A DNA stretch of 64,000 nucleotides from Macrostomum hystrix (lineage: Eukaryota > Animalia > Platyhelminthes), in the NCBI GenBank assembly GCA_950097015.1, contig CATNEN010000034.1, forward strand, positions 2,232,001 to 2,296,000, read 5' to 3'. Positions 63,991 through 64,000 of this stretch are shown piece by piece. Within the stretch, counting starts at the first letter, position 1. Every line of letters begins with the position of its first letter. A program made the translations under genes and the position numbers. Under the pieces are notes generated by a model that saw nothing but the letters and a program-made list of their open reading frames with translations, ran no database searches and was not told the origin of the DNA.

Positions 63991-64000
63991 GATTTTATAA

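Overview
Eukaryotic (metazoan) genomic DNA with GC-rich exons, short AT-rich GT-AG introns and very dense tandem repeats and SINEs. The style suggests a lophotrochozoan such as the flatworm Macrostomum, but that is inference only. Genes, left to right: the interior of a large sushi/CCP-repeat gene (+, 23 one-exon modules in a three-module higher-order array); an adenosine-receptor-like GPCR (+); an EF-hand calmodulin/myosin-light-chain-like gene (-); an HSBP1-like gene with a Gln/His-rich N-terminus (-); GBA2 (-, 7 exons reconstructed in frame); two tandem Delta/Serrate-type (C2/MNNL-DSL-EGF-TM) paralogs (-); an orphan type-I membrane protein with a possibly TIR/SEFIR-like tail (-); and a probable smoothelin-like first coding exon (+). 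The top candidate for a novel system is an intronless eIF2-alpha-kinase-like gene nested antisense in GBA2 intron 5. It has no N-terminal sensor; instead the kinase is followed by a matrin/JAZ-type C-x2-C-x12-H-x5-H zinc finger and a C-terminal coiled coil, which suggests an invertebrate functional analogue of PKR. Its ORF is split by a 1-nt frameshift in a T6 run. The second highlight is a ~9 kb, 42-bp satellite with higher-order structure that has expanded inside a ~550-bp TTAA-flanked MITE; four other copies of that MITE in this window each carry a single copy of the unit. There are also two tRNA-derived SINE families (14 and 3 copies). Exon boundaries were read by hand from splice signals and frame continuity, and repeat boundaries are approximate.
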